DNA of 64,000 bases, taken from the NCBI GenBank assembly GCA_029556545.1, contig JAKQEQ010000084.1, forward strand, positions 305 through 64,304, in the 5' to 3' direction. The translations under genes were made by a program, and so were the position numbers. The notes under the pieces were generated by a model. That model saw nothing but the letters and a program-made list of their open reading frames with translations, made no database searches and was not told where the DNA came from. This DNA is from Candidatus Hydrogenedentota bacterium. GTDB lineage: Bacteria > Hydrogenedentota > Hydrogenedentia > Hydrogenedentales > JAGMZX01. This document shows positions 9,443 to 19,386 of this stretch, in pieces; within the stretch, counting starts at the first letter, position 1, and each line of letters starts with the position of its first letter.

Positions 9443-10303
9443 CTACTTCGGGCCTTCTCCCGCCACGTTCAGACCCGGATGGCGCCCCCACTCCGCCATG
9501 GACCCGTCATAGACCGCCACGCGCTCGAAACCGGCCAGACGATAGACAAAATAGCCCACCGACGCATCGCGCCCCGAGTTGCAGTACGTAATCACCGGCT
9601 TCGCGGGCGATCCTTCGACGGCGGCCCTCAAGTTCGCCTTGGGTCGCAGCGCATAGTACGCCGTACCCTCATCCCCCGACTTCGCGACGAAATCCGTCGC
9701 GGGGAGATTGCACGCCCCCGGTATGTGGCCGGCGCGCGCCACGAAGTCCTCCTTCGCGAGCCCGGCGTATTCCTCCGGCGGCCGCATATCGACCAGTGTC
9801 CTGCCTGACCCCGGCGTGATCGCCTCCAGAACCTCGTCCCGCGTCGCCAGCAGTTCCGGCCTCGGCCGCAACGACAGCACCCGCCCCTCGCCCGACGGCC
9901 CCCGCGGCTCGCCCGTTTCTATCGGACGCCCCTCCGCGCGCCATTTCGCGAATCCGCCATCGAGCACCGAGACCCGAGGAAACCCCACGTACTCCAGAAT
10001 CCAGAACAACCGCGTCGCGTGTTTGAGGTCGTCCGGAGCTTCCATGGCCCCGTAAACCACCACGTGACGCGCCGGGTCCAGACCCGCCCACGACAACAGC
10101 GCCGCCACTTCCTCCACCGGCTTCAGAAGCCCATTAACGCCGTCCCGATCCTCCGACAGCGTGGCCGAGTCCAGATGCAGCGCGCCGGGAATGTGCCCCG
10201 CCACATAGGCGTCCCGCCCACGCACGTCCACGATCTGCACGTCCTGCAACTGCATCAACTGGTCCGTCGAGACCAACAACATAAGAAACGCTACCGTACT
10301 CAT
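9443..10303 (-). CDS. Tandem-rhodanese sulfurtransferase (thiosulfate/3-mercaptopyruvate sulfurtransferase-like)
   Basis: Two rhodanese-like halves. Active-site loop is ITYCNSGRDAS. GAGGAGG lies 8 nt upstream of the ATG. Confidence 0.9.
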   Translation of the reverse strand: MSTVAFLMLLVSTDQLMQLQDVQIVDVRGRDAYVAGHIPGALHLDSATLSEDRDGVNGLLKPVEEVAALLSWAGLDPARHVVVYGAMEAPDDLKHATRLFWILEYVGFPRVSVLDGGFAKWRAEGRPIETGEPRGPSGEGRVLSLRPRPELLATRDEVLEAITPGSGRTLVDMRPPEEYAGLAKEDFVARAGHIPGACNLPATDFVAKSGDEGTAYYALRPKANLRAAVEGSPAKPVITYCNSGRDASVGYFVYRLAGFERVAVYDGSMAEWGRHPGLNVAGEGPK

Positions 10304-10349
10304 TTCACATGCCTCCTCTCGATACCCGCGTTCTCATTGTCGCAAACAA

Positions 10350-11618
10350 CTAATCTCCGGTCCCGATTTCCGCGAACGAAAACCGGATCAGCCGGTCGAA
10401 CAGCGGCGTCTTTCGCACCCGCCCTATCTTTTCTCTGTCCCCCCAGTCCGGAACGTACTCGAACTCCAACAATCCAAATCCTTCTAGAGGGTTGACGATT
10501 CTCGTTACCGTGACGAGTTCGGCGAGAAACAGGCGGTCGGCCGCCACCAGCGTGTCATAGAGCATGGGCAAGAGCACGCGGCGCGGCACGTCGTCCTTGT
10601 CGACCCAGTCATTCAGTCCCTTGTGAATCGCGTAGAGCGAGTAATTGACGCCGTCCTGAACGTCATCCTCGACCGCGCACCGATCAAGATACGCCAAGGA
10701 AAACTTCGAGAAAAACGTGCGAAAGAGAAGCAGATACAACTCGACCGCGGCCGTGTCGGCCATCAACCGCTGGCCTTTCTTAGTAACCGAGAAGTGGCCC
10801 CGTTGCAGGCGAATGAGTCCCGCCAACTCCAGGACGACGCGGACGATATGGGCGGGACGCACCTCGAATTCGTTGATAACCTTGCAGAATTTCCGCAGGT
10901 CCTCGATATAGCCCTCGCGGTACGCCAGCGCATCTATCAGTTCCGCCACAAAGGCCCGGTTCAGGTTCTTGGAGGTGGTCGCTTTCACCCGTTCGCGCGA
11001 GTCGATTAGACGCAGCATGCGCCGCGCGTTCTCGGCAAACACCGCGTTCGACACTTCATGCGGTTCGAGATCGGCATTGATCCTGATGATCCCCTCCGGA
11101 CCGTCGATAGACGTCGACATCAGCGCAAAGAACTGCATCCGAGACAGCCCCGCCAGTTCATCTATCGGCGCCTGCGCCGCGGCGGCCAATTCCTCCCTCG
11201 CGGGCAGTCTCCTCTCCCGCCTCGCTCGTCCGGTCCGCTCAACCACTTCGTCCCGCCAAGGATGGCCCACAGAGCCGGGTTCGACCTCCGCGCCCTCCTC
11301 GATGTCCCCCTCCCCCTCCTCCTCGACGAGCCCGTCGCGCCGCAAATTCTCTTCCAGTATCCGAAGACTCCTCGCCACCAGTCCCCCGAAGTGCTTCCGC
11401 TGGTTCGCGCCCGGCGCGGTCTCCGACAGCGTGAAGAAACAATCCACCAGTTCCGCCGCGTCGTCAGGCGTCAGCCGGCATACAAGCACCCCGTCCTTGA
11501 TCAACCCAAAACGCATGTTTTCCCGCAGTTCCGGTGACGGGGAGGCGTGCTTGAGGACGTAATCGCGGTCCGCCACCGTAATCTTCAGTAGTATCACCCG
11601 ATCATCCAAGACGCGCAT
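10350..11618 (-). CDS. Hypothetical protein (422 aa) with an acidic linker; no family recognised
   Basis: Long ORF with strong G/C third-position bias. The N-terminal ~95 aa and C-terminal ~270 aa are separated by EEEGEGDIEEGAEVEPGS...RARRERR. The start is uncertain because GGAGG abuts the ATG. Confidence 0.75.
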   Translation of the reverse strand: MRVLDDRVILLKITVADRDYVLKHASPSPELRENMRFGLIKDGVLVCRLTPDDAAELVDCFFTLSETAPGANQRKHFGGLVARSLRILEENLRRDGLVEEEGEGDIEEGAEVEPGSVGHPWRDEVVERTGRARRERRLPAREELAAAAQAPIDELAGLSRMQFFALMSTSIDGPEGIIRINADLEPHEVSNAVFAENARRMLRLIDSRERVKATTSKNLNRAFVAELIDALAYREGYIEDLRKFCKVINEFEVRPAHIVRVVLELAGLIRLQRGHFSVTKKGQRLMADTAAVELYLLLFRTFFSKFSLAYLDRCAVEDDVQDGVNYSLYAIHKGLNDWVDKDDVPRRVLLPMLYDTLVAADRLFLAELVTVTRIVNPLEGFGLLEFEYVPDWGDREKIGRVRKTPLFDRLIRFSFAEIGTGD

Positions 11619-11716
11619 CCTCCATTCACAAGACCCTTCGTGCGGGCAGCGCGCGGGAACTCCCGCCTGCGCGGAGACGCCGCCGTGCCTGAGCGGCGTG
11701 CGCGCCGACCGTCGCG

Positions 11717-13696
11717 TCAGCCCTCCGGCGTTGCCCGTCCCTGGTCCTTATATTGCAGCTCGTAAAGGGTGCGATACAACCCGCCGATCGCAAGAAGTTC
11801 CTGGTGCGTGCCCATCTCGCGGATCCGTCCGTGATGCATCACCACGATTCGATCGCAATGCTGGATCGTGCTGAGACGATGCGCGACGACAATCGAGGTG
11901 CGGCCCGCCAGAAGCTTGTTGATGGCGTCCTGAATCAACGCCTCCGTTTCCGGGTCCACGTTCGAGGTCGCCTCATCGAGGACCAGCACGCGCGGGGCGT
12001 GGGCGAGCGTCCGAGCAAAGGCGAGCAGTTGCCGCTGGCCCGTCGAGAGATTGCACCCCCGCTCCCCCACGCTGTAGTTGTAGCCGCCGGGTAGCCGCTC
12101 GATAAAGCGCGCGGCGTTCACATGGGCCGCACACCGCCTCACGATCGCGTCGTCCATGTCCCGATCGCCCAACCGGATATTGTCCGCAATCGTGCCCGAG
12201 AAGAGGAACACGTCCTGGAGCACGAGGCCGATGTTGCGCCGTAGCGAAGCCTGCTCGTAGTCGCGCACGTCCACGCCGTCAACGCGGATCGCGCCCTGGG
12301 TCACGTCATAGAACCGGACCAGCAGACTGATCAACGTGCTCTTGCCCGCGCCCGTGTGGCCGACGACGGCGACCCGCTCACCGGGGGCGATGTGGAGGTC
12401 GATGTCATCAAGAACCAGTCGGTCCGAATCGTAGGCGAAGGAAACGTGGTCGAAATCGACCTGGCCCAGCAACGGACTCGTTGCCGCCGGTCTCCCCATT
12501 GTTGTGGCCGGTCTCCGGACCGAGCCACCATCCCGACCGCAGGTCTCCAACATCTGCTCCTCGACGGGCGTGGGAATGGAAAGCCGGGCCGCGCCGGGGC
12601 GATCCTGGATGTCCGGCGGGGTATCGATGAGCTGAAAGACGCGCTCGGAGGAGGCCATCGCTTCGAGCAGCATGTTGTACCGGTCCGCCAGCGCGCGAAT
12701 GGGCCCGAAAAAGCGCTCGGCCCAGAACACGTAACTGAAGAGCGTACCCACCGAGGCGACCCCGGAAACCGCAGCGCCGGTGCGCAGGAATTGAACGCCG
12801 CAGTAGAGAATGATTAGAGAGACGGAAAGGGCGCTGAGGAAATCCACCGCGGGAAAGTAAAGTGCGAAATTGCGCACCTGCCGAAACCATTCGTCGCGAT
12901 GGTCCGCGTTCTTCTCATCGAACGCCTCGAAACAGGCAGGCTCGCGGCGGAAAAGTTGCACAACCCGCATGCCGCTGATCGTTTCCTGCATGTAGGCGCT
13001 GAACCGCGCCACTTTCCGGCGAATCTCGAGAAACGAGCGCTGCGCGTACTTCCGGAACACGGCGCTGGTCGCGAGAATAAGCGGCACCGGGCTGAGCGCG
13101 ATCAAGGCGAGTTGCCAATTGATGGCGAACATGAAACAGAGAATGGCAAGAAGCGTGAGCAAATCGCTCGCGACGTCCACAACGCCCGATACAATGGTCT
13201 GCTGGATGCGCTCAACGTCATTGGTCACGCGCGACATGAGCCGCCCCACGGGATGGCGGTCGAGAAAACTGAGGGACATCTCTTGCAGATGTTCAAACAG
13301 GCCCACGCGCATATCGAGCATCGTGCGCTGTCCCACGTAGGACACGATGACCAACTGGATATACCGGAGCACGGCCTCGATAACCACGAGCGCCGCCAGG
13401 ATAAGCGTCAATTGAAACAGCCTGTCCATGCTTGCGGACGCCCCCGCGTCCGAGACGTCGACACCCTCTAGAACACCGCCTACGTCGCCCTTGGGCGCAC
13501 CCGCAATGTAGCGGTCGACGGACCACATGATGAGCAAGGGCGTGATGTTGCTGATGACCGCGACCACACAGAGCAGCGCGACGGCGAACAGCATCCACCG
13601 GCGATACGGCCGGATATAGCGCAGAAGGCGGCGCATGAGCCGAGCGTCATAGGCGCGCTGCGGCGCATCGTCTTCAAGATGGTAGCCTTCGCTCAC
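11717..13696 (-). CDS. ABC exporter, fused permease/ATPase (MdlB/MsbA-like half transporter)
   Basis: Six-TM region followed by Walker A GHTGAGKST, signature LSTGQRQL and Walker B VLVLDEATS. The GTG start at 13696 overlaps the upstream TGA (GTGA). The longer ORF-track N-terminus overlaps the upstream gene and is rejected. Confidence 0.9.
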   Translation of the reverse strand: MSEGYHLEDDAPQRAYDARLMRRLLRYIRPYRRWMLFAVALLCVVAVISNITPLLIMWSVDRYIAGAPKGDVGGVLEGVDVSDAGASASMDRLFQLTLILAALVVIEAVLRYIQLVIVSYVGQRTMLDMRVGLFEHLQEMSLSFLDRHPVGRLMSRVTNDVERIQQTIVSGVVDVASDLLTLLAILCFMFAINWQLALIALSPVPLILATSAVFRKYAQRSFLEIRRKVARFSAYMQETISGMRVVQLFRREPACFEAFDEKNADHRDEWFRQVRNFALYFPAVDFLSALSVSLIILYCGVQFLRTGAAVSGVASVGTLFSYVFWAERFFGPIRALADRYNMLLEAMASSERVFQLIDTPPDIQDRPGAARLSIPTPVEEQMLETCGRDGGSVRRPATTMGRPAATSPLLGQVDFDHVSFAYDSDRLVLDDIDLHIAPGERVAVVGHTGAGKSTLISLLVRFYDVTQGAIRVDGVDVRDYEQASLRRNIGLVLQDVFLFSGTIADNIRLGDRDMDDAIVRRCAAHVNAARFIERLPGGYNYSVGERGCNLSTGQRQLLAFARTLAHAPRVLVLDEATSNVDPETEALIQDAINKLLAGRTSIVVAHRLSTIQHCDRIVVMHHGRIREMGTHQELLAIGGLYRTLYELQYKDQGRATPEG

Positions 13697-15474
13697 GCTT
13701 CTTCTTCCAGGGCTTTTTCGAGCAGTTGCCGGCGGTACATGGCCGCGTAGAGACCCGCGCGCGCCACAAGCGCGGCGTGATCCCCTGTCTCCGCGACCTG
13801 GCCGTCCTCGAGGACCACGATGAGGTCCGCGTCCCGCACCGCCGAAATCCGGTGCGAAATGATGATGCTGGTGCGAGTCGCCATGACCGCGCGCAAACCG
13901 TGCAGTATGCGTTCCTCGGTTTGCGTATCGACGCTCGACAACGCGTCGTCGAGAACAAGAATGCACGGCTTGCACAAGATCGCGCGCGCCAGGGCAAGCC
14001 GCTGCTTCTGGCCTCCCGAGAGGTTGATGCCCCGTTCGCCCAGGAGCGTGTCGTAACCCCGCGGCATCTCCGCCACGTCGGCCGCGAACTGCGCGATTTC
14101 ACAAGCCTGACGCATCTCGTCTTCAGTGGCATCCGGCCTGCCGAGCAGCAGGTTGTGCCGGATGCTGTCGGAAAAGATGAACGTGTCCTGCGGCACACAG
14201 CCGATCGCCTCGCGCAGCACCGCCAGCGGAATTTCACGCAGGTCCGTTCCGTCGATACGAATGCGGCCCGCGGTCGGGTCGTACTCGCGCGTGATCAGCG
14301 CCACCATCGTGCTCTTTCCAGAACCCGTGGGGCCCACTATCGCGACCGTGGCGCCGGGCGCCACATCCACCGAGACGTTATCGAGCACAGCCGCGCCGTC
14401 GTAGGCGAATGAAACGTTTTCGAAGCGAATCGCGCCCCGTGCGATGCGCGCATCCCGACGGACTCCCGCCTCGTCCCGGATATCGGGCGTGGCCGCAAGC
14501 ACCTCGCTGATCCGGTTCATCCCGACGGCGCCGCGCTGATACAGCGTCAGTACCCAGCCGAACTGCGCGAGCGGCAACGCGAGCATGATGACGCAAACCA
14601 GAAACGCGGTCAGGTCGGCAAGCCGCAACGACCCCTCGAGCACGAAGCCGCCGCCGCGCCAGATAATGAGCAGAATCGCGCCGCCGAGGAGGATTCCGAT
14701 GAGCGGCCATGCAAAGGACGTCACCGCCACCAGGCGCAGGTTGTCGCGCATGTATTTCTCGGCTTCCTCACGAAACCGGGCCACCTCGCGATCGGCGATG
14801 CCGTGCGCCTTCACGACGCGCGCGCCCGCCAGATTCTCCTGCACACGGGCGGTAATCGCGCTGAATTGCTCCTGCACGACCCGGGACTGGCGCTGCATGT
14901 AACGCACGAGAAAATAGACCGCCACCGATAGAAACGGCAACGGAATCATGGCGATCAACGTCAGCTTCGCGCTGAGATAGATCATCATGCCCAGACTCAC
15001 CGGCACGCGCAGCATGTCGATGGTGTACATGACGCCCGGCCCGATGAAGTCGCGCACGAAATTGATGTCGTTCGTCGCGCGCGCCATGATGTCGCCCGTG
15101 CTCGTCCGGTTAAAGAACGCGCGGGACAACGTCAGCACCCGGCGGTAGTAGTCGTTGCGGAGGTCGTACTCGAACTTGCGCGAGGCGTTGATCATCAACG
15201 TGCGTTGAAAATACCGACCCACCCCCGCAATCACGAACACGCCCACGAGCCCCCCCACAAGCCCGCCTAACCGTCCATAGGTTATCGCGCCGGACTCGAA
15301 GGCCCCCACAACGCCGCGCACCACAAGCGGCATGACCGCGCCAAGCGCGGCATGGAGCAAGGAAAGCGCGGCCCCGCCCGCATACTCGTTCCAATAGGGC
15401 CGATTGTAGCGCAGCAGTGATAGGAACGGCTTCCCCGGCGCGGCTGCGGACGATAGGGCGGCGTGCGGCTTCAC
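13693..15474 (-). CDS. ABC exporter, fused permease/ATPase (MdlA/MsbA-like half transporter)
   Basis: Walker A GPTGSGKST, signature LSGGQKQR, Walker B ILVLDDALS. The GTG start at 15474 overlaps the kinase TGA (GTGA). Confidence 0.9.
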   Translation of the reverse strand: MKPHAALSSAAAPGKPFLSLLRYNRPYWNEYAGGAALSLLHAALGAVMPLVVRGVVGAFESGAITYGRLGGLVGGLVGVFVIAGVGRYFQRTLMINASRKFEYDLRNDYYRRVLTLSRAFFNRTSTGDIMARATNDINFVRDFIGPGVMYTIDMLRVPVSLGMMIYLSAKLTLIAMIPLPFLSVAVYFLVRYMQRQSRVVQEQFSAITARVQENLAGARVVKAHGIADREVARFREEAEKYMRDNLRLVAVTSFAWPLIGILLGGAILLIIWRGGGFVLEGSLRLADLTAFLVCVIMLALPLAQFGWVLTLYQRGAVGMNRISEVLAATPDIRDEAGVRRDARIARGAIRFENVSFAYDGAAVLDNVSVDVAPGATVAIVGPTGSGKSTMVALITREYDPTAGRIRIDGTDLREIPLAVLREAIGCVPQDTFIFSDSIRHNLLLGRPDATEDEMRQACEIAQFAADVAEMPRGYDTLLGERGINLSGGQKQRLALARAILCKPCILVLDDALSSVDTQTEERILHGLRAVMATRTSIIISHRISAVRDADLIVVLEDGQVAETGDHAALVARAGLYAAMYRRQLLEKALEEEA

Positions 15475-18400
15475 GGCTGCGACTTCGCGCCCTCCGACGT
15501 CTCGAAGCCCTGTACCAGCGCCACCAGGTCTTCGCTCTTGAACGGCTTCAACAAGTAGCCGTCCGCCCCGGACTCCTGGATCTGCTCCAACGTCTGATCC
15601 ACCGCCTTCGCCGTTACCAGGTACACCTTCACGCCGGCCAGCGCGCGGTCCCCCTTGATCCGCGCGCACGTATGCCATCCGTCAAGACCCGGCATCGCGA
15701 TATCCAGCAATACGAGCCAGTACTCCCCCGTGGCCACCAACGCGAGCGCTTCCTCCCCGCTCGAGCACTGGTCGACAACGTACCCCTCCGGTTCCAGACA
15801 TCGCCGGATGAACATGCATATTTCCTGATCGTCATCCACCGTCAATATCTTGTATCCCAACTGCTCTCCGGCCGCCACGCCTTTGCTCAGCGCATAATGG
15901 ATGCCGCTCAGCAGCGTGCTCCGCCGGAAGCCGCGCTTGATGCGTCCGGCCACGGCATGACGATACCGCGCATAAAGCTGGTCGTCATTGGTGATCAGAA
16001 TCACCGGAATGTCCGCCGCGGACGGGTCGGAAAGGATGTCTTCGAGCACGACGCTGCCCAGCGGACCCGCCTGCGTGTCGACCACCATGCAATCCGGACT
16101 GTACCGGTTCACCAGCGTCACCGCGGCCGCGGGATATGCCGCGTGAATGATGTCCATCCGTTCGGACAGCAGCATGTTGCGCACCTGCGCGCTCAACGCC
16201 CGGTCCTGCGTGACAAGACACACCAGCAAGTGCGTCTCCGTCGGCAGCGGCAGCGCCGCCCCTTCGACCGGCGCCGCGGCGCGCCCTGTCCCGCTCAACG
16301 GCAGCGTGAAATGGAACACGCTGCCCTTCCCTTCCTCGCTTTGCGCCATGATGCGGCTTCCGTGCAGCCGCATAATGTCCTGGCTGATGGACAACCCGAT
16401 CCCCGTGCCGCCGTACTTCCGGGTCGAAGAGGCGTCATACTGATAGAAGCGCGTGAATATCTTGTCCAGGGCCTCCTTCGGAATACCGATGCCCGTATCG
16501 CTCACCAAGGTCTCGACATTGTCCCCCCGCACACGGATGTCCACGGACACCTGCCCCGCCGGCTTGTTGAATTTCACCGCGTTCGACAACAGGTTGTTGA
16601 ACACCTGCCCGAGCTTCCCCTTGTCTCCCTCGACGAGCACCGGTTCCGCAGGCGCGTTCAATTGCATCGTGATGCCCCGACTGTCCGCCACCGGCTGGAC
16701 TATCTGAATGCTCGTCAGCGCGCAGTCGACCAGATCGAAGGTGTCGAAAACGAGTTCCTCCTGACCGCGATGCAGGCGCGAGAAGTCCAGAAGATTCTCG
16801 ATCAACGTCACGAGTTTCTCGACGTTGCGCAAGCTGATCCCGAGATACTCCCGCTGCGTATCGTTGACCGGGCCCGCCTTCCCATTGAGGATCATGTCGG
16901 TATAGCCCATAACCGCCACCAACGGCGTGCGCAACTCATGCGACACGTTTGACAGCAGGTTCGTCTTCATCTCGTCGAGCGTCTTGAGTTCCTCGTTCAC
17001 GCGGTGCAGTTCCTCCCGCGCGCGCGTCACCTCGTCAAGCGAATGCTGGAGATTCTCGAGAAGAACGGCGTTGCGGATCGCCACGGCGACGTGCGGCGCC
17101 ATTTGCTCCATGACCTCGATATCGTGCGTCGTAAACGCGCTCACCTGCTCCGCACCGAGGTTGAGCGAACCGATGATGCGCTCGTTCGCGTGCAGCGGCG
17201 TGCACAGGCAACTCGACACGCCCGGCGGAAACTGCTCCACAAACGCCGGGCGTTCGGACGCCAGTTCGTTCACGATCAGCGTGCGGCCCTTCCGCGCGAC
17301 CCAGTCGGCGCACGAGTCGCCCTCTTCGCGACGGACAACTGCGGCCCCGTCGTGCGGCTCGGGCCACAGTTGGCGCGTCTCGAATCCGTCGTGGTCGTCT
17401 CGGCGCAACGACACCGACGCATAGTCGAATCGCACAACCTTGCGCAACTCGCCGACGATGCTCTCGTAGACGCGCCCAGCCTCGAGGCTCGAGTTAATGA
17501 CATTCGCAATCTGGTTGATCGCGCTGATGCGTTCGGATCGCTCCCGCGCCTCCTGTTCGAGCCGGACGCTGCGCGTAACGTCGCGAAAAGCGCCCTCCAT
17601 ACCCAGAATCGTTCCGTCCTGGCTTTCGATCCGATTGGACGTGATTTCAACGCAAATCGCCTGGTCGTCCCGGCGGCGCATCCACACGCGCGTCCGCTCG
17701 ATATATCCGCGCCGCGCCAGCTCGCGCGTAGCGCGGGCGAAGTCGCCTTCTTCAACAAAGAATTCCTTAAGGTGCCTGCTCATCACCTCATCGACCGATC
17801 GAAAACCCAGAATCTCGACGCCCGCCGGATTCATGAAGAGAATGCACCCGGCGGGATCGGTCTGGTAGATGCCGTCGCGCATCGAGTTGATCAGGCTGCG
17901 ATACTTCTCTTCCGAGTCCTCGAGCTGCTTGATGTTGCGGCGCAATGCCGACGCCATCTCGTTGAACGAATTCGCGAGTTGCTCGATCTCGTCCCCCGTG
18001 CCGATCTTGAGTTTCAGCTCATAATCGCCCTGCTTGATGATTTGCGCGCCCTCGTTCAGAAGGGACACGGCGCGGATGATGTTGTTGTGAACGTTGCGAT
18101 AGGCCACGATGCAGAACAGCGCAATCACGATCACGCTGACGACGAAACTGATGACGGCGGCGAGGTTGATATTGGCGAACACCGCCATGCGCGGACGGTA
18201 GACCACAATGAAGATGTCTCTGTTGGGCATGAGCCGGTGGTACGCCATGAGCGCGTGCGTGGTTCCGCCCCGGGATCGATAATTCCAGATAGTGAAGGAA
18301 TCGGAGTCCTTCTCATCGTTTCCCAGCCGCTCCGCAAGCTTACTGTCCACCGATCCGTCCACGATCGGCGTCACCTTGGCGTTGGGGTCGCTGGGGTCCA

Positions 18401-19100
18401 CCCCCGCGTCGAGATACGCCGTCGCGGAGTACAGGTCGCTCAAGTACACTACTTCATAAATGTCCGAACTCCCGACGAGCGTCTCCTCGTGAGCGCCCTG
18501 GCGCAGCACGAACCGCAGCAGATCTTCCACGCTCTGGTCGTCGGCGATGAACCCTATCGTCGCGCCGCCGGGTGCAGAAACAGGGGACACGATACGCGCC
18601 TTGTATCCTGTTTCGCTTGGGGTCGCAAACAGATTCTTGAACTCGATTCCCGAGATTTCACCCACCCACTCAGGATGCTGCGCGTCCAGCGGGGATATTT
18701 CGGTGGTGCCGACGATGTGGCGGCCGGACGCGTCAAACAAGTGGAACTCGGACTTGAGGTCGACGGCCCCGGCAACCTCGTCCAGGAGTCGGCTGAGCAC
18801 CGCGTCCCGGTCAACGGGATCGCCGCGCCGGGCCCTTTCCAGCGTCTCGAGGACCACCGGATCCCGCGACAGCCGCACCACGCCCCGCTGGCGCCCTTTA
18901 ACGGCCAACTGGACGCCTTGCGCGGTCTTCGTCGCAGCGGTCATCAGATTCTGTTGAACCGCGATCCGCTGGCCCTCATGGGCCACGAAATACCCGAGCA
19001 CCAGGGCGATGGCCATGGGGATGACCCCCACCCAGAGGATGGAAGTCAGAATGCGGCGTTCGATGCTGCGCCGGGCCATCTTCTTGCGCGCGGTTTTCAT
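15471..19100 (-). CDS. Hybrid sensor histidine kinase: 2 TM plus periplasmic domain, HAMP, PAS, GAF, HisKA, HATPase, pseudo-receiver and receiver
   Basis: H-box SHELRTPL. The G-boxes are DTGIGIP and GGTGIGLSI. The C-terminal receiver reads KILTVDDDQ...LVLLDIAMPGLDG...LLKPF. The start is taken at MKTARKKMARRSIERRIL (19100); 19079 or 19208 are also possible. Confidence 0.9.
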   Translation of the reverse strand: MKTARKKMARRSIERRILTSILWVGVIPMAIALVLGYFVAHEGQRIAVQQNLMTAATKTAQGVQLAVKGRQRGVVRLSRDPVVLETLERARRGDPVDRDAVLSRLLDEVAGAVDLKSEFHLFDASGRHIVGTTEISPLDAQHPEWVGEISGIEFKNLFATPSETGYKARIVSPVSAPGGATIGFIADDQSVEDLLRFVLRQGAHEETLVGSSDIYEVVYLSDLYSATAYLDAGVDPSDPNAKVTPIVDGSVDSKLAERLGNDEKDSDSFTIWNYRSRGGTTHALMAYHRLMPNRDIFIVVYRPRMAVFANINLAAVISFVVSVIVIALFCIVAYRNVHNNIIRAVSLLNEGAQIIKQGDYELKLKIGTGDEIEQLANSFNEMASALRRNIKQLEDSEEKYRSLINSMRDGIYQTDPAGCILFMNPAGVEILGFRSVDEVMSRHLKEFFVEEGDFARATRELARRGYIERTRVWMRRRDDQAICVEITSNRIESQDGTILGMEGAFRDVTRSVRLEQEARERSERISAINQIANVINSSLEAGRVYESIVGELRKVVRFDYASVSLRRDDHDGFETRQLWPEPHDGAAVVRREEGDSCADWVARKGRTLIVNELASERPAFVEQFPPGVSSCLCTPLHANERIIGSLNLGAEQVSAFTTHDIEVMEQMAPHVAVAIRNAVLLENLQHSLDEVTRAREELHRVNEELKTLDEMKTNLLSNVSHELRTPLVAVMGYTDMILNGKAGPVNDTQREYLGISLRNVEKLVTLIENLLDFSRLHRGQEELVFDTFDLVDCALTSIQIVQPVADSRGITMQLNAPAEPVLVEGDKGKLGQVFNNLLSNAVKFNKPAGQVSVDIRVRGDNVETLVSDTGIGIPKEALDKIFTRFYQYDASSTRKYGGTGIGLSISQDIMRLHGSRIMAQSEEGKGSVFHFTLPLSGTGRAAAPVEGAALPLPTETHLLVCLVTQDRALSAQVRNMLLSERMDIIHAAYPAAAVTLVNRYSPDCMVVDTQAGPLGSVVLEDILSDPSAADIPVILITNDDQLYARYRHAVAGRIKRGFRRSTLLSGIHYALSKGVAAGEQLGYKILTVDDDQEICMFIRRCLEPEGYVVDQCSSGEEALALVATGEYWLVLLDIAMPGLDGWHTCARIKGDRALAGVKVYLVTAKAVDQTLEQIQESGADGYLLKPFKSEDLVALVQGFETSEGAKSQP

Positions 19101-19386
19101 CCTACGGACTCGTCTCTGGCGGCTGCCCCTCGTGCTCCCGACCCCGGGCCGGCACAACCGAGCGGGGCGACAGCGAACAGAAGTCTTGGCTGTCCGCCCG
19201 TCCCTCACTCAGTATAGCGTGGAATGGCCACAGCGCACCAATCCGCTTTTCGTGACCCGCTTCGCCACCGACAAAGCCCGACGCCCGTCCCGGCTTGCCT
19301 GTGAAGCCCGCATCCTGTCAGGATCAGGCGCTCCTTTATCCCCGGGAGCGGTCCCGAGGGATTGGCGCGGAAGGCAGCGGGTCGGC

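Noticed and set aside
11270-11290. tRNA-like T-loop strings (GGTTCGA...) at about 11275 and about 62103.
   Set aside because: They lack complementary T-stems and acceptor arms and sit inside well-supported CDS. No tRNA, rRNA or tmRNA signatures were seen anywhere in the window.
11717-13975. Longer N-terminal extensions offered by the ORF track. Examples: 11717..13975, 13693..15678, 15471..19208, 19009..21963, 21636..23345, 27322..30381, 30087..31463, 32414..35059, 34912..35328, 42996..44345, 45424..47046, 48963..50045 and 52269..53075.
   Set aside because: The extensions overlap the upstream gene or are R/P/G-rich junk. Internal starts with Shine-Dalgarno boxes, signal peptides or 4-nt stop/start overlaps give products of canonical length.
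19312-19324. Perfect palindrome ATCCTGtCAGGAT about 63 bp upstream of the JAB-DinG gene, considered as a possible SOS or operator box.
   Set aside because: By a rough 4^-6 estimate per position, 6+1+6 palindromes are expected more than ten times by chance in 64 kb. It does not match any LexA box consensus I know.
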